NCBI GenBank assembly: GCA_000934665.2
Contig: KZ537999.1
Span: forward strand, 62,001-126,000
DNA length: 64,000 bases
Source of the DNA: Catajapyx aquilonaris
Taxonomy: Eukaryota
Direction of reading: 5' to 3'
In this document: positions 13,718 to 28,183 of the stretch, piece after piece
How positions within the stretch are numbered: the first letter of the stretch is position 1
How the letters are laid out: every line of letters starts with the position of its first letter
Program-made: the position numbers and the translations under genes
The notes under the pieces: model-generated
What the model was told of the DNA's origin: nothing
Seen by the model: the letters and a program-made list of their open reading frames with translations, nothing else
Databases searched by the model: none

Positions 13718-16700
13718 AATTTTATAATATTATTTTTCCAGCTTTGCGAGATTTGATGCTGACAATGGGCGTTTCGGTTGCCATGCGCCTACTTTTTGCT
13801 GGCTACTGTACACGTGTGTTTTTCCGCGAGGACATGCTGTGTCACTCCACCTTTGAAATAACCCCCGCATCCTTTTCCCCCCCACAATGGCTATCGTGTG
13901 TTCCAGCCTAAAAGTCCGTCCATGGCAAAAACTCGAGATGTGCTTCCCTCCCATTTCCAACCCTCTGCCCCCTGTGCCCCTCCTACCCTCCGGTTCTTTC
14001 GGAACGTATTGAATTCTGCCCCAAACCCATCCGTTCTGCACGAAGTTCCACTTATCCATGCTCACAAGCCTCGATCCACTGCCATCACAAGGAATATTTT
14101 CCACTTCACTTCAAGCCACCCCACTTGTAGAAGGAATTGCAACCCTCTGACTAGATAATGGCGGAAATCGACGTCACGAACCGGGGCGATAATCATCCTA
14201 ATCCAATACGGTACTTCATTAAGTGTGCGAACCGGTTTTAACTTTGTTATCAACTCGAATAAGGGGAGAAAAAAGAGCAAGAACTTTTTTTTCCTCCTTA
14301 ACATTATTTCCAACCCTCCCCTTTTGGAAACTGCCAAATCGTGTAATGAGAGACAATAACTGTTATCCGGGTTAATTACGGCTTGTTCGCCGGAGCCGAA
14401 CCCCCTTGTTCTAATTCACTCCCGACCCGATTCAATAGCAGTTACAGGACACTTAACCGATCCGGACATGATCATTCCGGGTGAGGTCGATGAACTGATC
14501 CCTCATTTTGGGCCAGGTCCGTTCAATTTTGAACAAAAAATACGGTATATCGACATGTTTTAGATGGATCTCCGGACAAAACTTTTTCCCTTTGTTGTAA
14601 CCGGATGTCGTTAACCACTAGCTTGTTAGAGGCGTCAGATTTTATTTTTTTGGCACGATTCGCAAAAAGTTTGCCCGGATTTGGAAAGTAGGTCGTAACT
14701 TCTCACGACACAATTTTTGACTGAAACAAATGTCAAAATATCATTCAAATTTAACTGCAAAATTGTGCAATATTAAGTCGGGCGTGGACCACTAAAATTG
14801 TTCTTATAATTGAATCATGGAATCGGAAACCAAGCTAAGTCCACTGCAAAATGGCTTGGCACTTATGCATTTGTTGCTCTGAGCCTCTCTGTACGCCAAA
14901 CAGAGCATCGCACTGATCGCAGGCCCACCAAAGTCAGTTCGCTTGCGATGAGTCAGAAAGACCGTCGACGATCAATTTTGGAAATGTTATCGTCATTGAA
15001 ATCGACAATGTATATCCTGACAAGTATGGATACCCCCGTACATTGCTGGTGGCAGGGGTCAGGCGCTCTCATTACCAGACCGACCTTTGAGGAGCCTAAT
15101 AAGACCCTGGCACTCCAACCCCAGGAAGGAGTTCACATACATACGCGAACATTTTAAACGAATAGTTGCTTTTGTGGCCGCAGGACCCTGCTTGCAACCT
15201 GAGCCTGACTAGGCCTATTCACCCGGAAGGTGTTAGGTAATAAGCAGGCACAATGCTGGGTTTGACACCGGAGATGCCGCCGCTCCTTTCATATCGTTCC
15301 GGCACATCTGTCGGCCTGGGCTCCCCATATGGAAAATAATAATCAAGCCCCCCCCCCCCCNCCCCTATTTCTCCCCTTTTTTCACACACTGGCACATTGC
15401 CTCCGGTGGATAAGCACGCATTGATGTCTATCACTTTTTCAATTTGCAGCCGGTGAGAACCTAGGGGTCTCTCTCTCTCTCCCCCCTCTCCTGGGTTCCA
15501 TCTCCGGTACCGGTACCCTGCACCTTAACCTTGTTGTCCACTTAATGCAATCTTGGGTCCCCGGCGGATGCGGTTTCTCCGGTATATCAAAGTTCCCGCA
15601 GGTTAGTAACCATTACGCACTGTCGTCTGAAGAAGGAGGGTTTCCTTTTTCTGCTCGGTTCCGTGACACGTGCAGCTTGTATGGATTTTAATCGGCGGGG
15701 GAACACCACAGAAATATATAGTTAAGGAAGCAGGGGAAAGCAGGGGTCCAAGAAATTTTTTAGAAAAAGAAGGTTGCCGACACTTAGCATAGTGTCACTT
15801 TTCAAGAGGTTTCCAACCCTGTAATGGGACTACTTAGTGAACGATTTAAAAAAGAAGAAAAAAAGAGAGGAACGGTCGATATCGCCCGGAACACACACGG
15901 AAAATCATTTAAGTTTGATTAGATTCTGATGCAGTACGTCGGAAATCCGATAGACATTCCAATTCCAGGGCCTAGCCCCCTGAAAAGATCGTGCGCTGGA
16001 GAAGCTTACCAACTATCAGGATTTACAGCAGAAAATTTGCAGTTTTCCTTAAAGAAATTCTCCTTTTCTTAAAGAAATTCTTGGGATTTGGCATCTACAG
16101 ATTCGACTAATTCGTCCCACAGGTTCAGTCTGAATTTCCTGGATTCCCTTTTACGATTTACGAGGCGACCCTAAACAGGGGACCAGTTTTGGAGACATTT
16201 AGTAAATATCGCCCCAGCCCCTTTCTATTCTTTCCCTCCCTCTTCGCTTCCCTATTTTTTTTAGAGGGCGTATCACAGGCGTGTTGAATGCGAAATTGGC
16301 TCTATTTGCCTTTTCCTTGGCCGGCATCCAACTTGGGATAAAGAAAAACTTGTGCATTGTCTGTGTAAAGACGCTACACAAAGTAAGCAGTTATGTACCA
16401 GGCTGATACCAGGGAAACAAACGGGGTCCGGACCCTTATCTAACCCGATACGCATTATTCATTTCGCACTACAATCACACAAGGGTTCTATCTCCTCCTC
16501 CTTTTATTATTAAAAAAATTCCGAGCGACAAATTACCGCTGGTCACGATCCAGATTTCTAGTTTCCGGAAGGAGAACAAATTCAGAGGGGACCAACATTT
16601 CAGTTGGCTGCTTTATCAGTATCAGGAAGTGACGCAATTACCTCCCCTTTTGGAAAATGATGTATATGTCCACTTATGTTGGCTGCTGGGTGTTTACGAC

Positions 16701-18596
16701 GCTCCAGGAAAATTACCGCTTTCGGACAACAATGAGATGGGAAGGAATCTCCAAGATTTTCGGGGCGGCCAAGGAAAAGGTTCCATCGCCTAAAGGCACT
16801 CCAGGGGATTTTGAAGAGAAGCAGCGTTTGCTTTCATGCCGGAACAAATGCGATCGTTTTCTTCGATGACAAAAAGGATAACGTGCTGTACACGACGTGG
16901 CCAGGAATTTATATTTTTTGGCCCGGAACTTCTAGATTATTGGAGGCCATAAAGTTGCGGACAGTCTTCTGATGCAGTTGGTGGATCCAACTATATACAA
17001 AACTAAGAGAGCGCATTTTTGTGAAACAATTACATGGCTGGAACCAATCACAGCAAACCATCAGCAACAAAAAAGAGGGTTAGTGATCCAGCTACCAGCC
17101 TTTGCTTGAAGATTATTTACTCCGCGGGGAATCTTAGCATCAAAGGCGGGTTGCTGGCCATTCATCTCTCCTTTCTTTATATCTGAACTGGGCTTCGGAG
17201 TCTTCAACGACGTCTAGGCGTTCACAAACTCACGCCGTTATGCAAATTTCAGAAAGCATATTCTTGGGAGAAGCTAGCAAGAACGGTAAGCTGGTGCAAG
17301 GGAATGTGGAATCGAAACCCGACACCACAGATGGCCAACGTCGGCCTTCTTTTTGTCTCCTATTTTTTGTCGGCCGTACTCACACATTCCGGCTGTGAAA
17401 TCCATCCAATATGTCTGGCTTTCACGAAACAACAGGATGGTCGCAATTAGAAGGATGGTCACCTGTGGGTGGGGTCACTTCATAGTAAGTTAATTGACCC
17501 AAATTTCTAGTCCAATCAGGTTTGTTGAACATACTGTACATTGTTAAACTTTGCTCACTTGGGAGGTGAGCCAGTGGTGAGCCACCCTGTGTTTGGCAAA
17601 AAAAAAGGAAAAAGTCAAAGTGTAAAGGCGCGTACAAATTGCCCACACGTCTCCTTGAATTCCACCATTCGTTTTGTAGCCTACACCCATAAAAGTTTGT
17701 TGGTGGCAGGAGGGGGCACAAAGGCTCCGCTGTTTGCCTTCCAGACTGACCTCGCTGACCTCTCAGGGTCTCCGTGGTGGGGACAGCCACCGCACCGGAG
17801 ACTCTTCAAGAGTCCAACACGCACAACAGAATCGCAACAAAAAAAGTAACAGAGAAAAGGAGTAAACCAGACGAATAAGTTGCTATCAAGTCACACCTAA
17901 ATCAGTCAAACACCTTGAGAATTCACACCTGTAGAAAAAGGTGCAACATTGTTTCACTTATTGGCATTATTTTTATCTACTTGTATATTTCTTTTGTAGT
18001 ATTGATTGATTTGTTTGTTTGCATATAAGTATTTCGTATATTTGTTCATATCATATTTGCTGAAATTTTCGGAATGGCTGAAATATTCATAATTCTCCTG
18101 ACAAAACATTATTGATAAGCACATTTTATTATAGGCCTATTATTTGCGCAGACCCAATCGCTTGGCGTTTCAAAAATAAACACAACCCGCACCTAATTCA
18201 GGCTTTTTTTTGCAGTCAGCAATTTGCACACTGGCTTAAACCGTACCGACTTGTACGTAAAGCAAATAGCGTGTGCTTGCCTCGTCACATTGAAATTCCG
18301 CATAAATTTGTCCCGCCCCCTTCCCCCTCCCCTCCCACACCGAAAAACCGCTTCTCTTCAAGAGGGGGGCGGTGTCGTTGGATCGGTCCAGAAACACTCC
18401 CCGATTTCTCGTCTCATTTGCCGCCCAAACCTTTGCAGTTCATGTCCGGAATAATTCTTGAAAAAGAAGGGGAGGGAGGCGGGGGGGTGGTGGAAATAAA
18501 GAAGGGGGGAGGAACCATCCAATAATTCCACTCTCGCACGCACGTCTTAAAGGTTCGGATATTTCCAAATCGTTGGATCTGGTATCGCACATTGTA

Positions 18597-18752
18597 CAGG
18601 GTGTGCTGAAAAGGACACTGAAAATGACACACAAAAATATTTCGGACATTTCCAGAACAACATTCGACAATTTGTTTCGTCTTTTCCGGAATCTTGTTCC
18701 CTGAATTTGAATCCACAGTGTTGAGCTTTCCCCTTTTCCGTGAATCACCCTG
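18597..18752. mobile_element. Degenerate mariner-type MITE (TA-CAGGGTG ... CACCCTG-TA), 156 bp
   Basis: 7-bp perfect termini flanked by TA on both sides, with partial further match (GAAAAGG / CCTTTTC). Confidence 0.5.
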
Positions 18753-19550
18753 TACACCATATATAGCCTATCCTTTTCAGATCACGTCCGCCATCATGAA
18801 ATGCCTGGATGCAATCGTTGGCGTGTTGAAATGCGGACTCCTTTTCCTCCACCCCCCACCTCCTCCCACCTCTTTCCCCGTCATTTGGGCTCGGATATAA
18901 TGAGGATGGGAGGTACCAATCACAGGTCTGACTGACAACAAAAGTAAACAAACCGGATAGAAACACCCCCTCCACCTCATTGCGGAGTCTTAACGATAAT
19001 TTGAAAGCAGCAATTCAAACCCACCTCAAGACACATAACATTTTGGGTTGGATAGGGGAAGGAAAACCATAACTTGGTTGGCAGGTGACGTTAGCTTGAC
19101 AAAGCGCCTTTTGGCACAATCTGACGTGTGGCTTGAGCAATTATAATTCAATATAATCCCCCGGCCACTGAAAACGCAACCGGCTATTTCCAGGCCTGGC
19201 TCTCTCTCTCAACTCGCTACCTTTTCCTCTTTCTCTCTTTTTTTTTATTTAAAGCTATTATTTTGGGTAGATAGCAGATAAATCACGATCGTGGCGACAA
19301 CACTCGCGTGACTGGATGGAGATATCACTGCGGACGCAACTTGCGTGCGGAACCCGCTGGATAGGAAGTGGCGCTGCCTGTTTATCCGTCTGGCAACCCT
19401 TCCCACAATCCGCGCCAATCAGCACGCTCCACTGCACATACAGACCCTGCACAGCCCCAGAGTTTTATTTATTCATTTAATTAACAATCCATCATCTCGC
19501 TCTGTCTACAAGATTGGGGTGAGTATCAGACTACTAATTGGCTGTCTGTC

Positions 19551-19674
19551 TGTTTGTTTGTCTGGAGTGAGTTATCCTCTTAACCCTGAGAGAGACAGGA
19601 TGCGCCATCTATGTGAGAAGTAGTGGTACTACATGGCTGAGTTGAGGTGATGACTCACCCTGGACAAACAAACA
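19551..19674. mobile_element. Small MITE-like inverted-repeat element with an internal GCGCCATCTA motif
   Basis: Arms TGTTTGTTTGTCTGGAGTGAGTTATC (19551-19576) and GATGACTCACCCTGGACAAACAAACA (19649-19674) are 22/26 complementary. Related sequence occurs at ~49485-49615. Confidence 0.55.
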
Positions 19675-22600
19675 AATCAACTTTTGGAATAGTGTCGTTT
19701 GTATGAAAATATAATTAACATATAGCGAATTGGTCGCTGAGGTGAGCAATTCATAGTTACTGTGTTAGTGCAATATGATCCATGCACATACAATTTTTTT
19801 TTCTCCCCACAGGTGGAGGCCATTTGAGTGGAGCAGCAATCAGGCCTGGAGGGGCGGTGGGTGGGGAAGAGGAGGATTTTCCATCATCAATCTGGCGCTG
19901 TCCGGCCAGACTTCATTTGCGAAAACTGCTCTTTCCCGGCCAATAAAACAACGTCAAATTCTATTATCTATGAGCACTATAATGGGGTCGCTTCATTTTC
20001 GACTTCCTGACGGGGAGGGAAACCGCATCGGAATTAACACTTGCTGGAGGTGGGGGGAAAAATGTTATAATATAAATTTAGGATCTGAAACTGATGCATG
20101 CGATGAACGAGATGCAAGAAATCCACGAAAACATCTTCAGGCATTTTTTAATAATATGAAAGTAATATTAAATTTTATAGTGTAAAAATTAATCATCGTT
20201 GAACGAGTCAATCCGATACTTCGGGCGCTCCCAGCATAAACATCCTGTTAGAGACATGCGTAGGTTGCGCCAAATAATTTCGCACTTGTCATAAATCGAG
20301 CCCGAGGTTACACGTTTCCTCTTTATATTTTTCACGTCATCCCTGAGGCCATTCCTGGTTACGAGTTTGAAGGCTGCATCTAGGAAACCCTTCCCATTTT
20401 TTAAAAAGAGACCGCAGTGCGTATAATTTGACACTGGCATTTCCAATCACAGAACCGAAACAAAAAAATTGACCGTGAATAATTAAATTCATTTTTAGCC
20501 CCCCTCCACCTGTCTCACCTGCTGGCCGAAACAGTGTCAAGTTATCCACGGAAGTCCATAAATATGTGTCCAGAGCAGGGGCGTTGCAGGCCTGCCATAA
20601 AAGGACAGCTTATCTGAGCGGGACGGATTGGAGGGCAAGGTGATGCTAATGTGTCACGATTAGTGATCTGGCTGTATATTACGGCTTCCAGTAAGTCTAC
20701 GTGAAGATAAAATGTGCTTCTGGCAGGTGAAGGCTGGTCATAAAAATATCGCCTGGGCAACAATTGGTCTAGTTTATATACGAAATATCCCCCCCCCCCC
20801 CCACCATTCCGTGGTTAGGCCCGCGGTCACGTGACTTGATATGAATCGGCCGCAAATGCGGAATTGCACGTCCCGCAAAAACCGGAAATGGAAATGGAAA
20901 ACGATTATCATCGCCAGGGAGGTGAGTTGCGCCGCACGGAACAAATCAACCGGCCAGGTATAATATACGGCTCACTATACATTGCTTCCAGGAATAATTG
21001 GCCCGAATTGTCGAAAAATTTTTATGACATCGTTGCGTTCTAGACGGTTGACTAAAATTCGTTAAAAAAAGTGCTTCCATTCGCAATGGGCGGGCTTAAA
21101 AGCCAAAACATGACCCGCACCTCTCCAAAATAAATTTCTTATCGAGTACCAGGCCTGGGCATCAAAATTTTAAGCCTGGAAAAGTGTGAACCCCCATGAA
21201 TTATCCATCGGTAGTACCAGTCCGGCCAATGTCACCACTGTATAGAACATTTTGCAACCGACTGTACATTCATAATATAATCATTCAGAAGTTGAACCGA
21301 ACTGTTACGAAACACCTTGTACGTGTGTGTTCAAACATTACTCCGGAAAATGTTGTCCGTTGGTATAGTGCATCGAGGGTTGGCGATATTTTCGACTATG
21401 CTGTGGCCGGAGTAATTATTACTCGGGCTAATTTGGGATCGGAGCGTAATGAACAATCCCGGCTTGATAGCCCCCCCTCCTTCCATCCCTTGTAACAACC
21501 CCCCCCCCCATCCCCCTTCCAAAACGCAGATACGTACACTGAACCCCCCCCCCTTTACTTCATCACAAGCCCGCTCCGTTATAATCTAGGAAAAGTTGAT
21601 AACGTTGTGCTTTGGAAACTTGTTTCGGATCATAGGCATTTTTAGGTTTTCGTGGGGAGGGCCTGTCGATATTTTGAGGCCAAAATCTGGGCTAAGTCTA
21701 GAGTCTATTAGTTTCCAGGCAGCGGGGAACCCACATTTGTGTGAACCTGAATATTGCCAGGTGGGCCAAAAACGATGTGTTTCTGCGGAAAAATCTCTGG
21801 TCAAAATTTGTTACATAAAATGCGAAATATTAGTTAATCATGAAAATTGGCTTGGGTTTGTCCGCGGTGAGTCATCAGTAGCGTGCACCATTTATGTGAG
21901 AGATATGGTACTACGTCCACAACCGAATTTAGCTTTAAGAAGGTTAAATGAAAATCCAATTATGTTGAGGTTCAGGCTCCGAATATAATTTTCTCCCACA
22001 CATTATCACTGGTGTAATAAGTAAGTTGTAATTGGCGATGAAAGCCTGCTCGTTAAGAAGGGTAGCCAATGGAAGTAGAGTAGTTGGCGGTGGGGCGCCA
22101 TCTGCCAAAACTTTCAGAAGCTGCTGGTGGGGGCCCTTCCTAACGAACTAGCGTCCACTTTCACGAGGGGAACACCTGTCATCCGCAATCACACCGTGCT
22201 CATTACCAAGCCCAAACAGTAGTGCACATACATGCACAACTTTTCCACCCCTCTTCTCCACCACATAACACTGACAGACTCCGCAGATTTTGTGAATGGA
22301 AAATTCCGCCCGGAGGAAAAACATTTCGCACAACAATGCAGCCAGCCCCATGTTAGCTTTTGCAAATGCCCCCAAAATTATGACGACTCAGACCAAAGCA
22401 CTGCTATATGAGTTTGGTTCTATATTTTTTTTCCCGTGGCTTTGGTATGCGTCTCTGTGGTCTATGTGAGGGATATGGTACTAGTGATAAATAAATCACA
22501 TCATTCCCCTCCAACATGCCCAATACGTGCCAGAAGCCACCGTGTGAACATACCCGCACCTACTTAGGCCAGTTTTGCTGACCAAATCCCTCTCTATGGT

Positions 22601-23724
22601 GGGCCGTCCATGACTGTAATGCGGCGCATTAAGACTTGATGGGCCATGAATCCCGCCGTAAATTTACACGCCACTGCCCGCCGCTTCATAAACTATCAAT
22701 AAGGCATGGGGGGTATGGAAGTCTCTCCTGGATTTTCGTGCGAACTGACGCCGGACCTTATCTTATCGGATTGCACGGACACGGCCCGTACCTGGACGGT
22801 AAAGGAACTATATCCAACCCCCATTTTAGGCTCAGGAAGAAGTCAGTAGTCATAATGCCCCATGTGCGCTTCCAAAAAAAAATTATGATAACTCAATGCG
22901 GCTTGCATTTGAATCATATTTATCAGGTCGATTCTCACAAAGGCGCGAACAACAACACATTGCAGCCGCAAAACTGGAAAAGCGTCATCTGGTGTACTGT
23001 AACACATGTGCCGCATTAACTCTTTACCGAAAAAAAACGAGCTAATGGAAACCCACACCTTTGCGTGTAAATCCCATCACATGATCAAACGTAACTGTAC
23101 CCGCAATTAATACTATTGCGAGTACACCTCTTTGCTAAAAAAAAAAGAGTGTCCAGCAGGGTGTGAACCAGTCGAATCGCACCGTTTGTCATTAAGCTAA
23201 TGCACCGGCGATGTACAGTCCACTTACGATGTGACTTATTGGCAAATATAGTGCAGCCACGCAATTCCTGCCAGGGAGTTACACACAAAAAAAACTGGCG
23301 GTAATTACCTCATTGCATGTCACTTTTTAAATGGAGGCAGGCTAGGCTAAGGCCTCGGGGCTAAGTAGTGGCCATCAGGATGATGACCCGCTTTTTGCAC
23401 ACAGTCGCCTCTAATGTCCGGTGCGCTGATTGGCCGTCGTTTGCAGACGACGGAACTAACCTTATACAGCAGGATCGGTTTTCGGGGCCCAAAATGCCAA
23501 AATTTTAAAGTGCAAGTAATATCGCAAAAAAGTGAAGGTCAGTTCATCCTGTTGCAAAAATCAGGGCAGATTCCCCCTCAATTTTTGTGTGTCCTGTGCG
23601 ACATACACCTGCTCTGTTATGCATGACTCGGTCCCACACTTTTCCTCAAGTGCAGGCGAAAATCCTGTGCAATCTGCAGGAATTAGGTCCAGTTAGGTCT
23701 CCCGATGCGTCCTGTGGGAATCCC

Positions 23725-23730
<6 letters not shown>

Positions 23731-23787
<57 letters not shown>
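23731..23787. repeat. (CT)n microsatellite
   Basis: Read directly from the sequence. Confidence 0.95.
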
Positions 23788-23790
<3 letters not shown>

Positions 23791-24063
23791 CCAGCAAAAG
23801 AGCTGGGCCAATCCCTCGAGGGGTATGCCACATTGCATTGCCTCCCAGGGCAGCAAGACAAGTTGCCTCGGCGGGGCCCCGCTGACCGCCGGCTATCCCT
23901 GACCTCATCAGGGGGAAGAGGCCGGGCCCCGGGGTCATCCCAGGGCAGTCGCAGGCAAGGGATGCAACATCCGCAGACATCTTTCACCATCAAGGCACTG
24001 CAGATCCCGGATTTTCGCAGCTGCATCGATATTACGGGGCCAGATATCGAACGGAAACGAAAA

Positions 24064-24226
24064 CGTGAAAGTTGGCTCCGCCTATTTAGTCCGTCAGCAC
24101 ATGCGCAGACGGACTCACACAAACTGAGCATGCGCAGACGGACTAAATGGGTGGAGCCAACTTTCACGCGCATGCTCTGACGGGCGCCCACAAGTGCGCA
24201 TGCGCAGACGGACTAAATGGGTGGAG
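24064..24226. repeat. Foldback (41-bp arms 24064-24104 / 24128-24168) plus a third direct copy (24198-24226)
   Basis: GCATGCGCAGACGGACTAAATGGGTGGAG occurs twice directly and once inverted with 4 mismatches. Confidence 0.8.
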
Positions 24227-27200
24227 TTAAGTTGTTATTTGCAATTTTTCTGTCCAATGCATGGCACTGTCCGTATATTTCAGTGACCTCTTGGTGTGTC
24301 CTGGTCGGAATCAATAGTTTTGGGCGGTGTTTGGTTTGCGGGGACGATATTGCTGGCTGCTCCCCCGGATTTCATCTCCGGAGGGAAAGGCAGACTCCTC
24401 AGCCCCTCCCATTTATCATCAGGAAACTTGCGGAAGGTTGTCCTCGACCTGTTTAAACAACAGGATTCGATGACTGTTCCTGTAATAACCGCGTACATTT
24501 GTAGGCTGTCAAAACCGCTTCGCAAACTGCCAACTTAGAACCGCTCATCACTGTTGGCGAAATGAGCTCCAGTCTTCAACTCCCCAGGATTATCCGGGCC
24601 AATAAAGCCCGGATACACACAAGGTGTGGTGTGACTCAACATCTACCGATACTCGATCAGTTTTGTCACTCTGCTCATGCCTGCAATATTATTAAGACGT
24701 AACTTCAGAGGGTGATGATCCGGAAGCATGTCCGCAGGTGTGTGCTTATCAACCGGAAGTCGCCATGTCGGATTAAAATTGGCCAATTATTAGGCTGGCG
24801 ACGTCTGCAAAGAGACGTCGAGCTTCTGGAGTTGACAGGTGAGCACACACAACCTTTTCTACATTTCTGTTGGCTCTGCACTCCTCGAGCTACTACTCCA
24901 AAGGGAATTGTTTACTCCAGCAACCACAATTTTGCTCTGTGTTTGTTTACGAGGCTGTGACCTAACGGTAATGCATGTGACTTCCACCCCCCAAAAAATC
25001 GCCCGTCCTATATTGTTCAATTGAGACTTTTTTTCGCTCCCGGGTCATTTCGCAAACGCCATCTTGGCCGCCTCTCGCTAAAAGTCTGTCGCCATCAAGA
25101 GTGACAAAAGGGCTCGTTGACAGCCCCCCTTTTTGGCTGCAGAAAGAGGTGTCTGCTTGGCAGCTGCAAAGAATAATCCCTGAATTATAAATGAAACGCA
25201 TTGTTTCCATATTCCAGCCCACTTTTGCCACGATGCAAAAAAAAAGAGAAGCCATCCCTATTCACACCACCCATCCTGATCATCATCATTACCATTATCT
25301 GCATAAAGACACTTCAACTTTTCAGTGGAGTAATGCATCGATCCATTATTCGAAGCACGCAGAGGTCGAAAAAAAAAAGTTCGACAGAGACACGATCGAG
25401 GTAGGGGGGAATAAACTATGTGAATTATCATACGAGGGGGGGCTACACTTTGATGGTTTTTGGGCTCTTTTTTGAGCACCAATACACATCTAGCGGGAAG
25501 AGAGCGCAGCAGCATTCACTCAAGCACCCAATTTGGTCCAATACTCTAGCCAGCCCCCCCAGCCTACAGGCATCTCCATAAGCCCCACCCTGTAATGTCC
25601 ATATATTCCCCGACTGGAATCATTTTCATGTCGTCCCAAGTCCCGGAGTTTTACGAGCACTTTATATGCCAAGGGTATAAGCTCGAATTAGACCGCTTTT
25701 TTTCCCCTTGCACTTTTTTCTGGTCGTTCGAGCTAAGATCGCGATGGAGGAAAATTACCACTTAAATTTGCAAGTGCTCCGAGAAAATGGTTCGGGTTTT
25801 TTTTGGAGGTGTGTACACAGCCTGGTGGACAAATTGAAGGGTTTGGCAAATACTATGACCCGAAAATGTACCCATATGTGATGCAAAAAAAATCCTAGAA
25901 TCCCTATCCTTCGAGGAACGCACGGTCTGACAAACAGCTAAAAAATTCCCCCATTCGCAGGAATGTCACGTTATATGAAGCCCAACACACTCTGTCGGAG
26001 CCTGGTATTTTTTTCCCCCTCTCCAGCCTGTAACACCCTGTACTTTTGTGCATTTTAAAAACGCAGGGGGCGACCTCCCTCCCTACAAAATTCCACATGT
26101 GCGGAATGTCACGTTATGAGCTAAAAATTGAGCCCTAGGAATATCCTCGAGGGTAGATTTTCAGACATCTCTTCCGCACTCCAGGATTATTTTTTTACGA
26201 GTCTGCAAATGTACCGGCACACAAGATATATACACATTCTTTTAATTCCAAGCCTGCAAAGTGACACGAGAAAAGATACTCTGAACGCCATTGCCTAACA
26301 TCCGGAACGACAAGACGACAGGTCAAGAATTTATACATAAAAAAGGATGGGTCAATGTCAGTCAGTGTCTAATATTACAAACTATTATTTTTGACAACCA
26401 CTGTGCAAGTAACCGTTGAACTGTTGTGCCAAAATTGAACCCGGAAATTGCTCTCTTGTGACACCTGGCTTAATTCCCATTAGCAAAATGGAGATTCGCA
26501 ACATTTGGCTAGTTCCAGCATGTCCGCTTCTTTGGCCGACCATCGATCAGCCCCGTCTCTCCGAGTCGTTTGTGGGGGGTAAGGTATAGGGGGTAAGGGG
26601 GCCATAATAATAAATTAAACCAAAAAGGGTAATTCGCATTTGAGTGACACAGGTGACCGGTGAGGAATTGGCGCATGCAACGGAGCCAACGTTGCCTACA
26701 TGAACGTCACGGCATCATTATAAAGATGCCTATCTGCATATTAGTGGGCACAATAGAATAAAGGGGGGGAAGGGATGGGAACTATTAAGAAGCGGATCGT
26801 AAAACGGTTTTGACAGTTGATTGCTACCAATCTCCCCCAAGATGGCTGCCTCGTCAATCTCGGGTCTGGCAAAAATGGGGCACCAGAATTTGTCTCGTCG
26901 ATATGTGAACTCGCCTTCCTCATTTTTTTCGCACATGCATATAGGTTGCTTCAGGGGCGAAATCACGCCCAGGCTTGTAGTTGGTTTTTGCGGCCATTAA
27001 TCATTCCAGCAGCACTCACTCGCCATTTTTCCCCCCCCCTTCTCCCCAGCCCTCCAAAAACGTGCGGAGAAGGACAGCTGGAGGCTACTTTTCGCCTTAC
27101 CCACGCAAAGAGGATCGGTGTCACATCACGGCCTACCACATATGCTCTTAGGAATTTACCACCGTTGTAGCCAGCTGGCTGATTTATCCGTCAACTTGCA

Positions 27201-28183
27201 GTGGACCCGTTCTTCACACGGGGATTGATAAATTAGAGAAGTTTGTCAAACCTAAAAGCGCCATATGTGGTAGCGTGACAATTATTGCCGAAATCAGTGG
27301 TATGTAAGACATCAGCACTCTCAGATGTACGGAAGTGGGTTTGTTAGCCCGGAAAAACCTATACACAGATATGAACAAAATTTCGCGTTTTTAAGTATAG
27401 ATATTTAACCAACCGTTTAGACGTAGTATATAGTTTAAGTGCCATAACCTAAATAAAATAGCGTCTATCTGCCTGCGAATGCGCAAATAATTTTTTTAAA
27501 TAAATATATACCGGTATGGTAATTATTAACAGGCAAATGTTGCAGCAATGTCGCCAGGAAACTACCAAAGAGCGATATCTTAATTAGCCTGCTAGTTTCC
27601 ATTTGATGCGATAGAAACGTCGTCCTTTCGATTAAGCCGGCAGACCACGCTCCCGCAATTAATATCCGGCACCTGCACCTGCCGCAATTAGCCTCATTTG
27701 CATACTGAAAGACAACGATTGGCATTCACCTCCCTTTTCCCCTCCCACACCCTTCCTCCCCAATACGCAATATCTTATACCGCCATTTTTTTTGTGCTTC
27801 CATCCTAGCAAGTAGCGTCGGCCTAGTTTTTTTTTTTTTCTTCCGTTGGTCTGATTAGGACATTTGGTATGTAAGGAAGGGCGTCTGAACCAATAGAGCG
27901 GAGCGGGCCGTAAAGATAAGAGTCAGGTGGGTGGGGAGGACTAGAGGCCTAGACCAGAGCCTGGACTCCGCGAATGCAAATTACTTAGTTTTCTTTTGTC
28001 CTCGACCAGGACGCGCATCTCCCTGTGGGAGGGGTGGGGAGATAGCTGTGATTTCGGATCCAATCGTTGATCTGATGCTTGGAGAGACGCCGTTACGCTT
28101 TTTTTGTTTGCCTACAAACGACCTGGACTTATGATCGACTGAATTCATGTTTGAAATCATCGTTTCAGGCCTTAGTGCTGGTT

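Noticed and set aside
23587..24191. ORFs of 181-197 aa with SL/ER repeats (also 62249-62605)
   Set aside because: Held open by (CT)n microsatellites; no coding signature.
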